From contig JAZNKD010000027.1 in assembly GCA_045578385.1 (NCBI GenBank), forward strand, positions 54,560 to 118,559: a stretch of 64,000 nt of DNA. The letters are read 5' to 3'. Positions 1 through 8,048 of the stretch are shown piece after piece (within the stretch, counting starts at the first letter, position 1; every line of letters begins with the position of its first letter). The notes below the pieces were generated by a model. That model did no database searches and was not told the DNA's origin. It saw nothing but the letters and a program-made list of their open reading frames with translations. Both the position numbers and the translations under genes were made by a program. The DNA is from Eubacteriales bacterium. GTDB taxonomy: Bacteria > Bacillota > Clostridia > Oscillospirales > CAG-272.

Positions 1-1
1 C

Positions 2-103
2 GAAAAAATAGCGGTATGCTTTTCGCATATTGACGACAACGTTCTTGATGCGTCGGACCCCGCATCGAGAAATCCTATAACGGGGGGGATTGAATTATGG
101 TAA
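2..103 (+). CDS. 3' end of an upstream ORF running into the window (hypothetical, probably part of the phage-like operon)
   Basis: Frame 2 is open from the window edge (EKIAVCFSHIDDNVLDASDPASRNPITGGIELW) to TAA 101-103, overlapping the next ATG at 97. Confidence 0.5.
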   Translation, partial: EKIAVCFSHIDDNVLDASDPASRNPITGGIELW

Positions 104-567
104 AAAGTATAAGACATCTTAGGGCTGACGAGTGTGAATGGAAAGCAAACGACATTGTAATTCCGGACGGTGAAATTGCTATTCTCAAAACTAAGGCGGG
201 CAACGCTAAGATAAAAATCGGAAACGGAGAAAAGAAATTTTCCGAGCTTCCCTCGCTCCTCGGAGATATCGGTAAAACCGAGGAAGGCGTAAATATAACT
301 TTGCTCCACGCAAATAGCTACCGACTGGGCGAAAGAACTGCCCTATCAATAAGCTTTCCCGACGTTATAGACGATGATTACTACTCCGAGATAAGCTTTG
401 ATTCGGGAGTTGACGCGACCGAGTTTACGGTGTACGGAAGGCTTCGGCTTACGGGAGACGGCGTCGCAGACGAGGATTTTATGCCAATTCCAAATACCCA
501 CTATACGATTTTCATATGGTACGACGGTTCAATGCAGGGCATCGTAAGAGGGCTTCCGAATGCGTAA
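97..567 (+). CDS. phage tail-fibre-associated protein (Mtd_N/hyaluronidase-N-like N-terminus)
   Basis: EWKANDIVIPDGEIAI...KIKIGNGEKKFSELP resembles the W..N.V...GEI...KIGDG...LP motif of phage tail-fibre N-terminal domains; GGGGGA RBS upstream. Confidence 0.6.
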   Translation: MVKSIRHLRADECEWKANDIVIPDGEIAILKTKAGNAKIKIGNGEKKFSELPSLLGDIGKTEEGVNITLLHANSYRLGERTALSISFPDVIDDDYYSEISFDSGVDATEFTVYGRLRLTGDGVADEDFMPIPNTHYTIFIWYDGSMQGIVRGLPNA

Positions 568-1702
568 GTCCGGATTTCGCCTCATACGAAAGACTCTGCG
601 CCGGATGCACCGTAAAAAAGGCGTATACGACCTTATTATTCCGCCCGATATACAAAAGGATTCGATAGTTCGATTCGTTATTCAGGGAAAGGGCGAATTT
701 AACGAAGATGACGGAAGCTTCCGGGGCGTCGGTGATTACGACAGCGAAAGCAAGTCGTATAAAATAAGACTCCATATACACGGAAAAAATTATCTTAGCG
801 GCAGAGAGTTTGCCGAGATTCACTTATCAAAAAATATCGGAAGTGATACGGCGCCCACATTAAACGATACGCTTTACGCTTTCACGCCGAACAAGGACGT
901 CGGCGGAGTTCCCATTATAGACAAAAGCATCATAAGATTTAAGGAAAAAACCGCTTATACTCTGGCGTTTACAGTATCCTACGCAAGCGCAAGCAAGCCG
1001 AGAGACCTCAAACTTACATTCGTATATACCGACGGTACAACGTATACTCCCACGAAAGACAATTATAATTCAACTTTCACGGAATGCGTCAGCACGGACC
1101 CCGAAAAAACATTAGACCGCATCTGCTCCTACAAGGGCGACGGGCAGCTCACAGCTTACACGCTCGCAAATTTCGGTATATACGAGGGCGTATATGAAAC
1201 TCACGCTGAGGCGCACGAGGCTTACGTTGGCGAAAGACTTGAAATTTCTCTTGACGCGCCGCTTTACGCAATAGAATCTGCGGCAGACGAGCTTGATTTA
1301 CTATCGGGAAACGTCACAAGAAAAATACGTACCGAAAGAATAGACGGAACGGCAGAAATCAAAAACACGGATATGGACGGTATATTCTCTATCGCTCTGA
1401 AAAATAAAGCAAGATGCAACAGCACCGTTATTTCGCATTACGGCATTCTTGTCGACGGCACTGACGTTGGTATCAAGGGATCCGAGGACGGCTCTGCTAT
1501 TCTTTTTAAGACTCCTTCAAGAATTAAAAGCATCGAAGACCTTTCAGAATATCTTAGCGCAAATCCTTTTGATATAGCTTATATATCAGCCGAGCCAACG
1601 GTGATTGCCTCGGGAATAAAACTCCCGGATACATACGGAAAAACAATACTCAACATTCTGACCGAGTTCAAGCCGAAAAAATGCTTTATTGAATACTATT
1701 AA
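560..1702 (+). CDS. phage tail/receptor-binding-like protein
   Basis: 380 aa, beta-rich; HGKNYL and EAYVGERLEISLDAPLYAI..ADELDLLSGNVTRKI segments resemble Firmicute phage tail proteins; overlaps both neighbours. Confidence 0.5.
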   Translation: MRKSGFRLIRKTLRRMHRKKGVYDLIIPPDIQKDSIVRFVIQGKGEFNEDDGSFRGVGDYDSESKSYKIRLHIHGKNYLSGREFAEIHLSKNIGSDTAPTLNDTLYAFTPNKDVGGVPIIDKSIIRFKEKTAYTLAFTVSYASASKPRDLKLTFVYTDGTTYTPTKDNYNSTFTECVSTDPEKTLDRICSYKGDGQLTAYTLANFGIYEGVYETHAEAHEAYVGERLEISLDAPLYAIESAADELDLLSGNVTRKIRTERIDGTAEIKNTDMDGIFSIALKNKARCNSTVISHYGILVDGTDVGIKGSEDGSAILFKTPSRIKSIEDLSEYLSANPFDIAYISAEPTVIASGIKLPDTYGKTILNILTEFKPKKCFIEYY

Positions 1703-2147
1703 GAAAGGTGAAAATATGATAACTTTAAAATACGCACTCGTAACCCAATCGCCAGCAGGCGCTGAGCCGCTTTACGTCCTGACCGAAATTGCAAACGGAG
1801 AGGCTGATAAAATAAGGTTTGAGCTGTCTTCGAAAAGCACCTTAAAGCTCCTTGCCTGCGGAAAAAGCTATAGGTTAAAGGACGGAATTTGTGAGGTTGA
1901 GTTTACAAATTTAAAAGATGGAGCTATAGATTTCTTTGTATCCGACGGTGAAAATAAGATTTTTCTCGATAGAATCTTTAAAGCTGACGGAGCTATTATA
2001 AGATTGCCGTCCGATGACGTCCTCTACGAGCGCTTAAGACGCGCCCAAGAGGAGCTTTGCGATGCGCTTCGCTGCCTCGAAGAAAGAATTTCAGAGATAG
2101 AACGGAAAATGAGTCCAAACCCCTTATTTAAATTCCGAATGCCTTAA
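1689..2147 (+). CDS. hypothetical protein with C-terminal coiled coil (start may be ATG 1716)
   Basis: ORF in operon; AAGGTG RBS precedes ATG 1716; heptad-like C-terminus LYERLRRAQEELCDALRCLEERISEIERK. Confidence 0.55.
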   Translation: MNTIKKGENMITLKYALVTQSPAGAEPLYVLTEIANGEADKIRFELSSKSTLKLLACGKSYRLKDGICEVEFTNLKDGAIDFFVSDGENKIFLDRIFKADGAIIRLPSDDVLYERLRRAQEELCDALRCLEERISEIERKMSPNPLFKFRMP

Positions 2148-2172
2148 AATAAAAAAGAAAGGAAAACCACAA

Positions 2173-2850
2173 ATGGAAAGAAAAAACTTCACACGTATCC
2201 CACTATACGTACTTATAACCGTACTTCTTTTCGCACTGCTTACACCGATTTGCGCCTTCGCCGACGAGAGTACGGACTTACCCGATAACGAGATGATTCC
2301 CGAGAAAAATAGCGAAGAACAGGTGTATAATACAGAAGACTCGGAAGAAGCCGACGCCAAGGATAAGGAAGGCTTTTTCGATATCCTTTTCAGAGGATTT
2401 TCTAATAATCTTTCCGATATCCTCTCGGCACTTGCATTCATCGGCTCGCTTATACTTATGTTCTCGTATAAGCAAGGCTTTTTACCTCTTATAAAAGACG
2501 GACTCGGTGCGCTTTCGGCAGGAGTTCGCGCTATCGGTGAAAAAACCGGCGAATTAAATATCGGAGCTGAGGAGCTGGCAGAAAAAATAGACCAAAGACT
2601 TAAATCCGCTGAAGACTTGCTTAACACTATGAAAAACGCCGTTGCCGGTCTTGAAACGAATTTAAAGGAGCTTCAAGACGGAAAAAGGGAGCGCGAAATG
2701 ACGAACACCGTGCTTCTTGCAGAGGTGGATATGCTTTACGAGATTTTTATGTCTGCATCGCTTCCGCAGTACCTCAAGGACAACGTGGGAGAGAAAATTG
2801 CAGATATGAGAAAAGCTCTTGCAAAAGAGGACAAAAATGAGAAATATTAA
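2173..2850 (+). CDS. membrane protein: signal peptide, acidic linker, TM helix, coiled coil
   Basis: AAGGA RBS; signal ending AFA-DE; TM LSALAFIGSLILMFSY; long amphipathic helices. Confidence 0.65.
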   Translation: MERKNFTRIPLYVLITVLLFALLTPICAFADESTDLPDNEMIPEKNSEEQVYNTEDSEEADAKDKEGFFDILFRGFSNNLSDILSALAFIGSLILMFSYKQGFLPLIKDGLGALSAGVRAIGEKTGELNIGAEELAEKIDQRLKSAEDLLNTMKNAVAGLETNLKELQDGKREREMTNTVLLAEVDMLYEIFMSASLPQYLKDNVGEKIADMRKALAKEDKNEKY

Positions 2851-3196
2851 GTATTATCTCATCACGTCTATTGCCCTTTTCCTCTCGATAGTTCCCGTAA
2901 TAATAGCAACTCTCAGCTATTTTCCCATATGGCGCGAGCGAGGCGGGGCAGCGCTTCTTTCGGGATTTACGCTTCTTTTGCTCTTTATATGCATTATCCC
3001 TCTTTTGAAGCTCGTTAAAAAAATGCTTGCTTCTCCGTCTATACTTTTCGTATGGCTGTTTATTTTCCTCTTATTTTTCTGCCTCAGGAAGATAGCTGAT
3101 GAGATGACGGTTATTGCATTTACAGGCTTTGTTTCCAACACGGTATCGGCTATACTCTTTAGGATAGCGAAAAGATGCAGAGGTGAAAGAGTATGA
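2837..3196 (+). CDS. small 4-TM membrane protein
   Basis: GAGGA RBS before ATG 2837; four hydrophobic stretches; overlaps both neighbours. Confidence 0.6.
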   Translation: MRNIKYYLITSIALFLSIVPVIIATLSYFPIWRERGGAALLSGFTLLLLFICIIPLLKLVKKMLASPSILFVWLFIFLLFFCLRKIADEMTVIAFTGFVSNTVSAILFRIAKRCRGERV

Positions 3197-4041
3197 AGCT
3201 AGAGGACTTTGAGGACACCATTCTTGACTCGGGAGAGCTAGCTAAAAAAGCAGGGCAAGCTTTGATTTCCAATATGGGAAAAATAATAGCTCTCTTTGTC
3301 GCTCTCGTTATGCTTGCGGTTACCTTTACCGATATAACCTTTACGGGTATATTCACAAAGGATTTTGCGTCATCTCTGCTTTTACTTATCACGTCCTCAT
3401 ACATAATATACTTTTCGCTCGAGGACGCAGGAGAAAAGTGCGGTGTCGAAACCGAGGAATATATAGCAGCTAAGGAAAGATACGACAGGCTTCGTTCCGA
3501 GATATCGGGTGACAGGATAGAAGCGTTGCGCGCCTTTTGCATAGAGTATTCGAAAAACGAGGTGGAATTCAGAAGAAAAAACGCTCTTATTTCACACGGT
3601 CTGACAGAAAAGGATTTATCCGATTTTGTATCGGGAAATAGTTTTGACAGAAAAACCGCCCGTATTCTTCGCGGTATTTCAAAAATAAAGACGGTTGCTA
3701 TAACACCGAAAACGCTGCTTCAAAGAGAGAGGTGGCACGGTAGAAGCGAGCTTGAAAATCCCGAAAAAAGAAAAATACCTATGCTCCTTATAAAGCTTAT
3801 ACCCTCAACCGTCTGTATGGCGGTTACGGTATCGGTTATGCTTACCGCTAAAGAAGGCCTCACGGGAGCTGACGTGCTTAACGGCATTTTAAAGCTCTCC
3901 GCTCTGCCTATGATAGGCTTTAAAGGATACTCTGCCGGCTACTCCTACGCAAAGCACACTCTTTCGCTTTGGACTGAGACGAAAGCAAATATTCTTGAAA
4001 GCTTTAAGCTCTCCCCATACTTTACTTCGTCCGAGACTTAA
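3193..4041 (+). CDS. membrane protein (2 TM - soluble loop - 2 TM)
   Basis: ATGA overlap with previous stop; hydrophobic pairs at N- and C-terminal thirds. Confidence 0.65.
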   Translation: MKLEDFEDTILDSGELAKKAGQALISNMGKIIALFVALVMLAVTFTDITFTGIFTKDFASSLLLLITSSYIIYFSLEDAGEKCGVETEEYIAAKERYDRLRSEISGDRIEALRAFCIEYSKNEVEFRRKNALISHGLTEKDLSDFVSGNSFDRKTARILRGISKIKTVAITPKTLLQRERWHGRSELENPEKRKIPMLLIKLIPSTVCMAVTVSVMLTAKEGLTGADVLNGILKLSALPMIGFKGYSAGYSYAKHTLSLWTETKANILESFKLSPYFTSSET

Positions 4042-4052
4042 GCGGCGGTCTA

Positions 4053-4081
4053 TTGACTTTAACACCTTTATATGATATATT
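4053..4081 (+). promoter_or_regulatory. sigma-A promoter of MFS gene
   Basis: TTGACT-17-TATATT with extended TG. Confidence 0.55.
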
Positions 4082-4116
4082 AAATTCAGCAAATAAGTAT
4101 ATCGGAGGTATACAAC

Positions 4117-5436
4117 TTGGAAAACAAGTTTTCAAGACGAAACTGGACGGTTCTGCTTCTGTTCGGTCTTATCGGTCAGCTTGCCTGGTCGGTAGAAAAT
4201 ATGTATTTTAATCTCTTTGTTTTTGACACTATAAGCCAGGATCTCAGCGCAATAACCCTTATGGTGCAGTTAAGCGGTGTTGCCGCAACGTTCGTTACGC
4301 TGATTGCGGGAACGCTATCGGATAAGCTCGGAAACAGACGCTCGTTTATATCTTTCGGCTATCTTATATGGGGACTGACAGTCGTTCTCTTTGGATTTAT
4401 CGAGGTAAGCACCGCAGAAAAGCTTTTTAATATGAGCTACGACTCCGCCGTTAAGCTCTGCCTTGCCGCTGTTATAATCGGTGACTGTGTTATGACGCTT
4501 TTCGGCTCTACGTCAAACGATGCGGCTTTCTCCGCATGGGTTACGGACAACACAGAAAACTCCTACCGAGGCAGAGTTGAAAGCGTGCTTGCAATTCTCC
4601 CTCTCGCTGCTATGCTAATAGTTGCGGGCGGCTTCGGAATTCTCGTTGAAATGATAGGCTACAAGCTTTTGTTCCTCACGCTCGGTCTTGTTATCAGCGC
4701 GTCCGGCGCAGTCGGCATCTTCATTATAAACGACAGCGAAAGGCTCGCTAAATCGGGTACGCTGCGCGATATGATATACGGCTTCAAGCCCTCTACCGTA
4801 AAGTCGAACAAGGCGTTTTATATCTCGCTCTTAATTCTCGGCGTATACGGAATCGCCTGCCAGATATTTATGCCCTATCTCATAATATATATGAAAACTT
4901 ACCTTGCCTTTTCGGTTGTGGAATACAGCGTCATTTTCGGTCTTGCCATCGTGCTTGGCGCAGCTATCAACATATTTCTCGGAAAGCTTTCCGATAAAAT
5001 TGACAAGGTCAGCGCGCTCTACGTTGCGGCAGGTATATTCGCTGTGGGTCTTGCCTCAATGTATCTTGCAAAAGATATGGGCCACACCGCAAATCTTTTG
5101 CTGTTCGGAATAGCGGGCTTCGTTATGATATGCGGTTATATCTACGTTTCCGCCCTCAGCGGAGCTATAGTCCGTGACTATACTCCCGAAAACGAGGCGG
5201 GTAAGCTCCAGGGCGTGCGAATGATATTTGCCGTTCTCATACCGATGCTTGTCGGCCCCGCTTTGGGAAATGCTATAAACGCAGCGGCAAATATACCGCT
5301 TGAAAACGCAGGTGCCGACGCTATGACGACGCACTATATGCCCGCACCCGAGATATTCCTCGCGGGAGCTATGGTTTCGCTCGTTATCTTTGCGCTCGTT
5401 CCGCTGCTTTCAAAGTTCACAAAAGAGAAAAAGTAA
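4117..5436 (+). CDS. MFS transporter
   Basis: About 12 TM; motif A GTLSDKLGNRR and second-half GKLSDKIDK; TTG start after GGAGG. Confidence 0.9.
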   Translation: MENKFSRRNWTVLLLFGLIGQLAWSVENMYFNLFVFDTISQDLSAITLMVQLSGVAATFVTLIAGTLSDKLGNRRSFISFGYLIWGLTVVLFGFIEVSTAEKLFNMSYDSAVKLCLAAVIIGDCVMTLFGSTSNDAAFSAWVTDNTENSYRGRVESVLAILPLAAMLIVAGGFGILVEMIGYKLLFLTLGLVISASGAVGIFIINDSERLAKSGTLRDMIYGFKPSTVKSNKAFYISLLILGVYGIACQIFMPYLIIYMKTYLAFSVVEYSVIFGLAIVLGAAINIFLGKLSDKIDKVSALYVAAGIFAVGLASMYLAKDMGHTANLLLFGIAGFVMICGYIYVSALSGAIVRDYTPENEAGKLQGVRMIFAVLIPMLVGPALGNAINAAANIPLENAGADAMTTHYMPAPEIFLAGAMVSLVIFALVPLLSKFTKEKK

Positions 5437-5476
5437 CCGTTAGCATCAAGCTAAACCAAAACAAAGGCAAAAAATG

Positions 5477-5512
5477 CGCCGAGGCAGGAGAAATCCTACG
5501 CCTCGGCGTTTT
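5477..5512 (+). terminator. intrinsic terminator
   Basis: CGCCGAGGC...GCCTCGGCG followed by TTTT. Confidence 0.65.
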
Positions 5513-5596
5513 GTATTTAAAAAAGCTGTATGCCGCTTGTAACGGCGCAATATATATCCTACAGTGACGTGAAATTTGCAAAGCGAATGTAGAAAA

Positions 5597-5734
5597 AAAC
5601 GGGATTTATGCCAAAAACGGCAAAGCTCCTCGGACGAAGGGATTTTGAACAGAAATTTTTCGGCTGACGAGCGACGCTGTAGAAAACTACAGCGAGCGAG
5701 GAAACGGAGATTTATGCCAAAATACCAAAGTCCG
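5597..5734. repeat. REP-like long imperfect palindrome with partial tandem copy
   Basis: CGGAC(5631)...GTCCG(5734) arms around perfect CGCTGTAG-AAAA-CTACAGCG; GATTTATGCCAAAA at 5603 and 5709. Confidence 0.55.
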
Positions 5735-6673
5735 TCATATGAGAGGTAGGAGGAACATCATAACCGGTAGCGTTAGGATACTGCATATCGTGCTTACCAG
5801 CACAAGATTTGCACCGGCTTGCTGCCCCTCTCCTACTATTTCCGAAAAATTCAGAACTATTGATGCTATCGGGCAGGCGCAGGTGATGAAGAACGTCTGC
5901 CGAAGTCCTAAGTCAAGACTCGGAAGAAGCATCACTGCTAAGAACGCGATAAGCGGCATCACAAACTGCTTTACCGCTATCGTGAGATAAACTCTGTAAT
6001 CTGTGAATACCTTTTTTATATCCATAGTTCCGAGGCGCATACCCATAACTATCATAGAAAGGGGCGTTGCCATTCTCGCGGTATACTCTATCATAGAGTC
6101 AAGCTCCGTGGAAAAATCTATTCCGACGATGAAAATAAGGAGCGCTGCCAGCATACCTACCATTGCGGGATTTATAAAGATTTTCTTAAGGGATATATAT
6201 TTCGTATCGTGGGAAATTATCGCCGAGCCGACAGTCCAACCCAGCACGTTCATTACCACGGCGTAGACCGTAGTATACACGATAAGCGACGGAGCCTCGT
6301 CGGGCAGGAGCGATTCTATTATGGGAATACCAAAGAACGCGCAGTTTCCGAACGTGGTGCCTATCGTTATAATTCTGTATATCGGCTCTTTTGATTTATT
6401 CTTCAAGACTAAAAACGAGCCGCTGAGCATAACTGCGTGAACAAGAATTATCAAGGCTGCAAATACCCCGAGATTGCCAAGGAGCTTCCAGGAAAACTCA
6501 AGCTTGCCGAAGCTGAATACGGCAAGACAGGGCTGGCATACGAAAAGAAGAACTTTTGAAAACCCGGGAATACAGTCCTCCGAAAGCATTTTTTTCCTAA
6601 TCAGAATATATCCCGGCGCGGCAATAAGAAGTAAGACGCCTACCGCTAAAAGCGCAACTGAAAAGGCAGCCAT
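5735..6673 (-). CDS. AEC (auxin efflux carrier) family transporter
   Basis: About 10 TM; GNCAFFGIP, INP, PLSMIVMG, KQFVMP, ACP motifs. Confidence 0.85.
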   Translation of the reverse strand: MAAFSVALLAVGVLLLIAAPGYILIRKKMLSEDCIPGFSKVLLFVCQPCLAVFSFGKLEFSWKLLGNLGVFAALIILVHAVMLSGSFLVLKNKSKEPIYRIITIGTTFGNCAFFGIPIIESLLPDEAPSLIVYTTVYAVVMNVLGWTVGSAIISHDTKYISLKKIFINPAMVGMLAALLIFIVGIDFSTELDSMIEYTARMATPLSMIVMGMRLGTMDIKKVFTDYRVYLTIAVKQFVMPLIAFLAVMLLPSLDLGLRQTFFITCACPIASIVLNFSEIVGEGQQAGANLVLVSTICSILTLPVMMFLLPLI

Positions 6674-6676
6674 ATT

Positions 6677-8008
6677 TTATACCCCATAATCGCTCGTACA
6701 TTTATGAGCTATAATATCAATTTCTTCCCACTTTGAGCGAAGCTCGGTTTCTTCGGCATAATCCCCTGCCCATCTTGTGTAAAGCGCGGAAGCCGCAAGC
6801 ACGTTGAAGTCACTGAAGAAGCCGGCTTTATCGGTTTTTTCATATGCGCCCTCGTCGGTTTCTACGCGATAGATATATACCCTTCCGACAAAAGAGCCGC
6901 CCTCTTCATCAGAATCCGACGAACCGTATTCAACAGAGGTCACTTTTCCGACGGAAAGTCCAAACGCCGCATCAATTACCTCGGAAAACTTTTCCGAAAA
7001 TCCTGCAACAAACTCGCTGCTTTTGTGTAAATAATAATCGATATATTCCTCTGTGATGTTATCGTTATATTTATAAACTCTCTGCGCCGTATCGTCAAAG
7101 AGGTCGGGGTCTACGGTTTTATCCTCAAATCCCTTTATACAGGATTCAAGAAGCGAAATATAATTATTTCTCTCCGCCTTTTCCTCATCGGTCAGCGGAC
7201 GAAGCTTATCGTTTCCTTTATCGTCCTTTACTCTGTTTCCGTTTTTATCAACCTCGAAGGTATCCTCGGTTCTGACGAACACAATCTTAAACCTCGAATA
7301 ACCCTCGTAATCCTCGCTTCCCATAAAGAACTCGTCGCAAAACTCGGGGAAGCTTCTTACGTTATCCCCCGTTTTACCGAATACTCTCGACGCGGCAACG
7401 TTCGCTTTGTATATCATCTCGATTCCTTTTTTGAAATCGTTATAATCAAAGCCGTACTGCTCGGTATCCTCGTTAAACTGCTCCTTTGAGCCGCCTGCTC
7501 TGTAGGTCAGTATTTCATCTACCGTGATAGCTATATTGTTTTTATCGTCTGCCGTGAGCTTGGAATACTTATCAAATATAAGGTTTGCCGCAAGAATTGA
7601 CTTTACTTTATCCTCAACGTAGAGCTTAAGATAATCTCCATGCGTGGACTTGCTTAATTCTGCACTTACGTACTTAGACGCCCAGAATGCCTCGGTATCC
7701 GTGACGTCAATCTTGGAATCCCTTAGCTTCTTTATATATTCGTACTTAAGCTCGGTAACAAAATAATTTAACACGCCCTCGGTCATACCGACGCTTTTAA
7801 GCTTTACAGCGTACGACGCATTTCTGGCAATCAGCACACTTCCGAAAATTATTCCAAAAAGCAAAGCTGCCGCAAGAAAGGCGCTCACGAAAATTATAAT
7901 TATTCGCTTAGTTTTTTTTTCGCTCTCCTCGGGAGAGGGGGCGGATTTCACTGGCGGTTTATTGAACGCCGCGTTGAATTTGTTTTTATTCGATTTCTTT
8001 TTTCCCAT
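6677..8008 (-). CDS. membrane-anchored PrsA/SurA-like foldase-position protein
   Basis: Single N-terminal TM, helical extracellular domain; sits directly after mfd, where clostridia usually encode a PrsA-like PPIase. Confidence 0.5.
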   Translation of the reverse strand: MGKKKSNKNKFNAAFNKPPVKSAPSPEESEKKTKRIIIIFVSAFLAAALLFGIIFGSVLIARNASYAVKLKSVGMTEGVLNYFVTELKYEYIKKLRDSKIDVTDTEAFWASKYVSAELSKSTHGDYLKLYVEDKVKSILAANLIFDKYSKLTADDKNNIAITVDEILTYRAGGSKEQFNEDTEQYGFDYNDFKKGIEMIYKANVAASRVFGKTGDNVRSFPEFCDEFFMGSEDYEGYSRFKIVFVRTEDTFEVDKNGNRVKDDKGNDKLRPLTDEEKAERNNYISLLESCIKGFEDKTVDPDLFDDTAQRVYKYNDNITEEYIDYYLHKSSEFVAGFSEKFSEVIDAAFGLSVGKVTSVEYGSSDSDEEGGSFVGRVYIYRVETDEGAYEKTDKAGFFSDFNVLAASALYTRWAGDYAEETELRSKWEEIDIIAHKCTSDYGV

Positions 8009-8048
8009 ATTTCCTCCACTCGTCCGACCTTAAACGGACGGGCTTTTA

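Noticed and set aside
97..567. Diversity-generating retroelement target (because of the Mtd_N-like domain)
   Set aside because: No reverse transcriptase or template/variable repeat pair is visible in the window.
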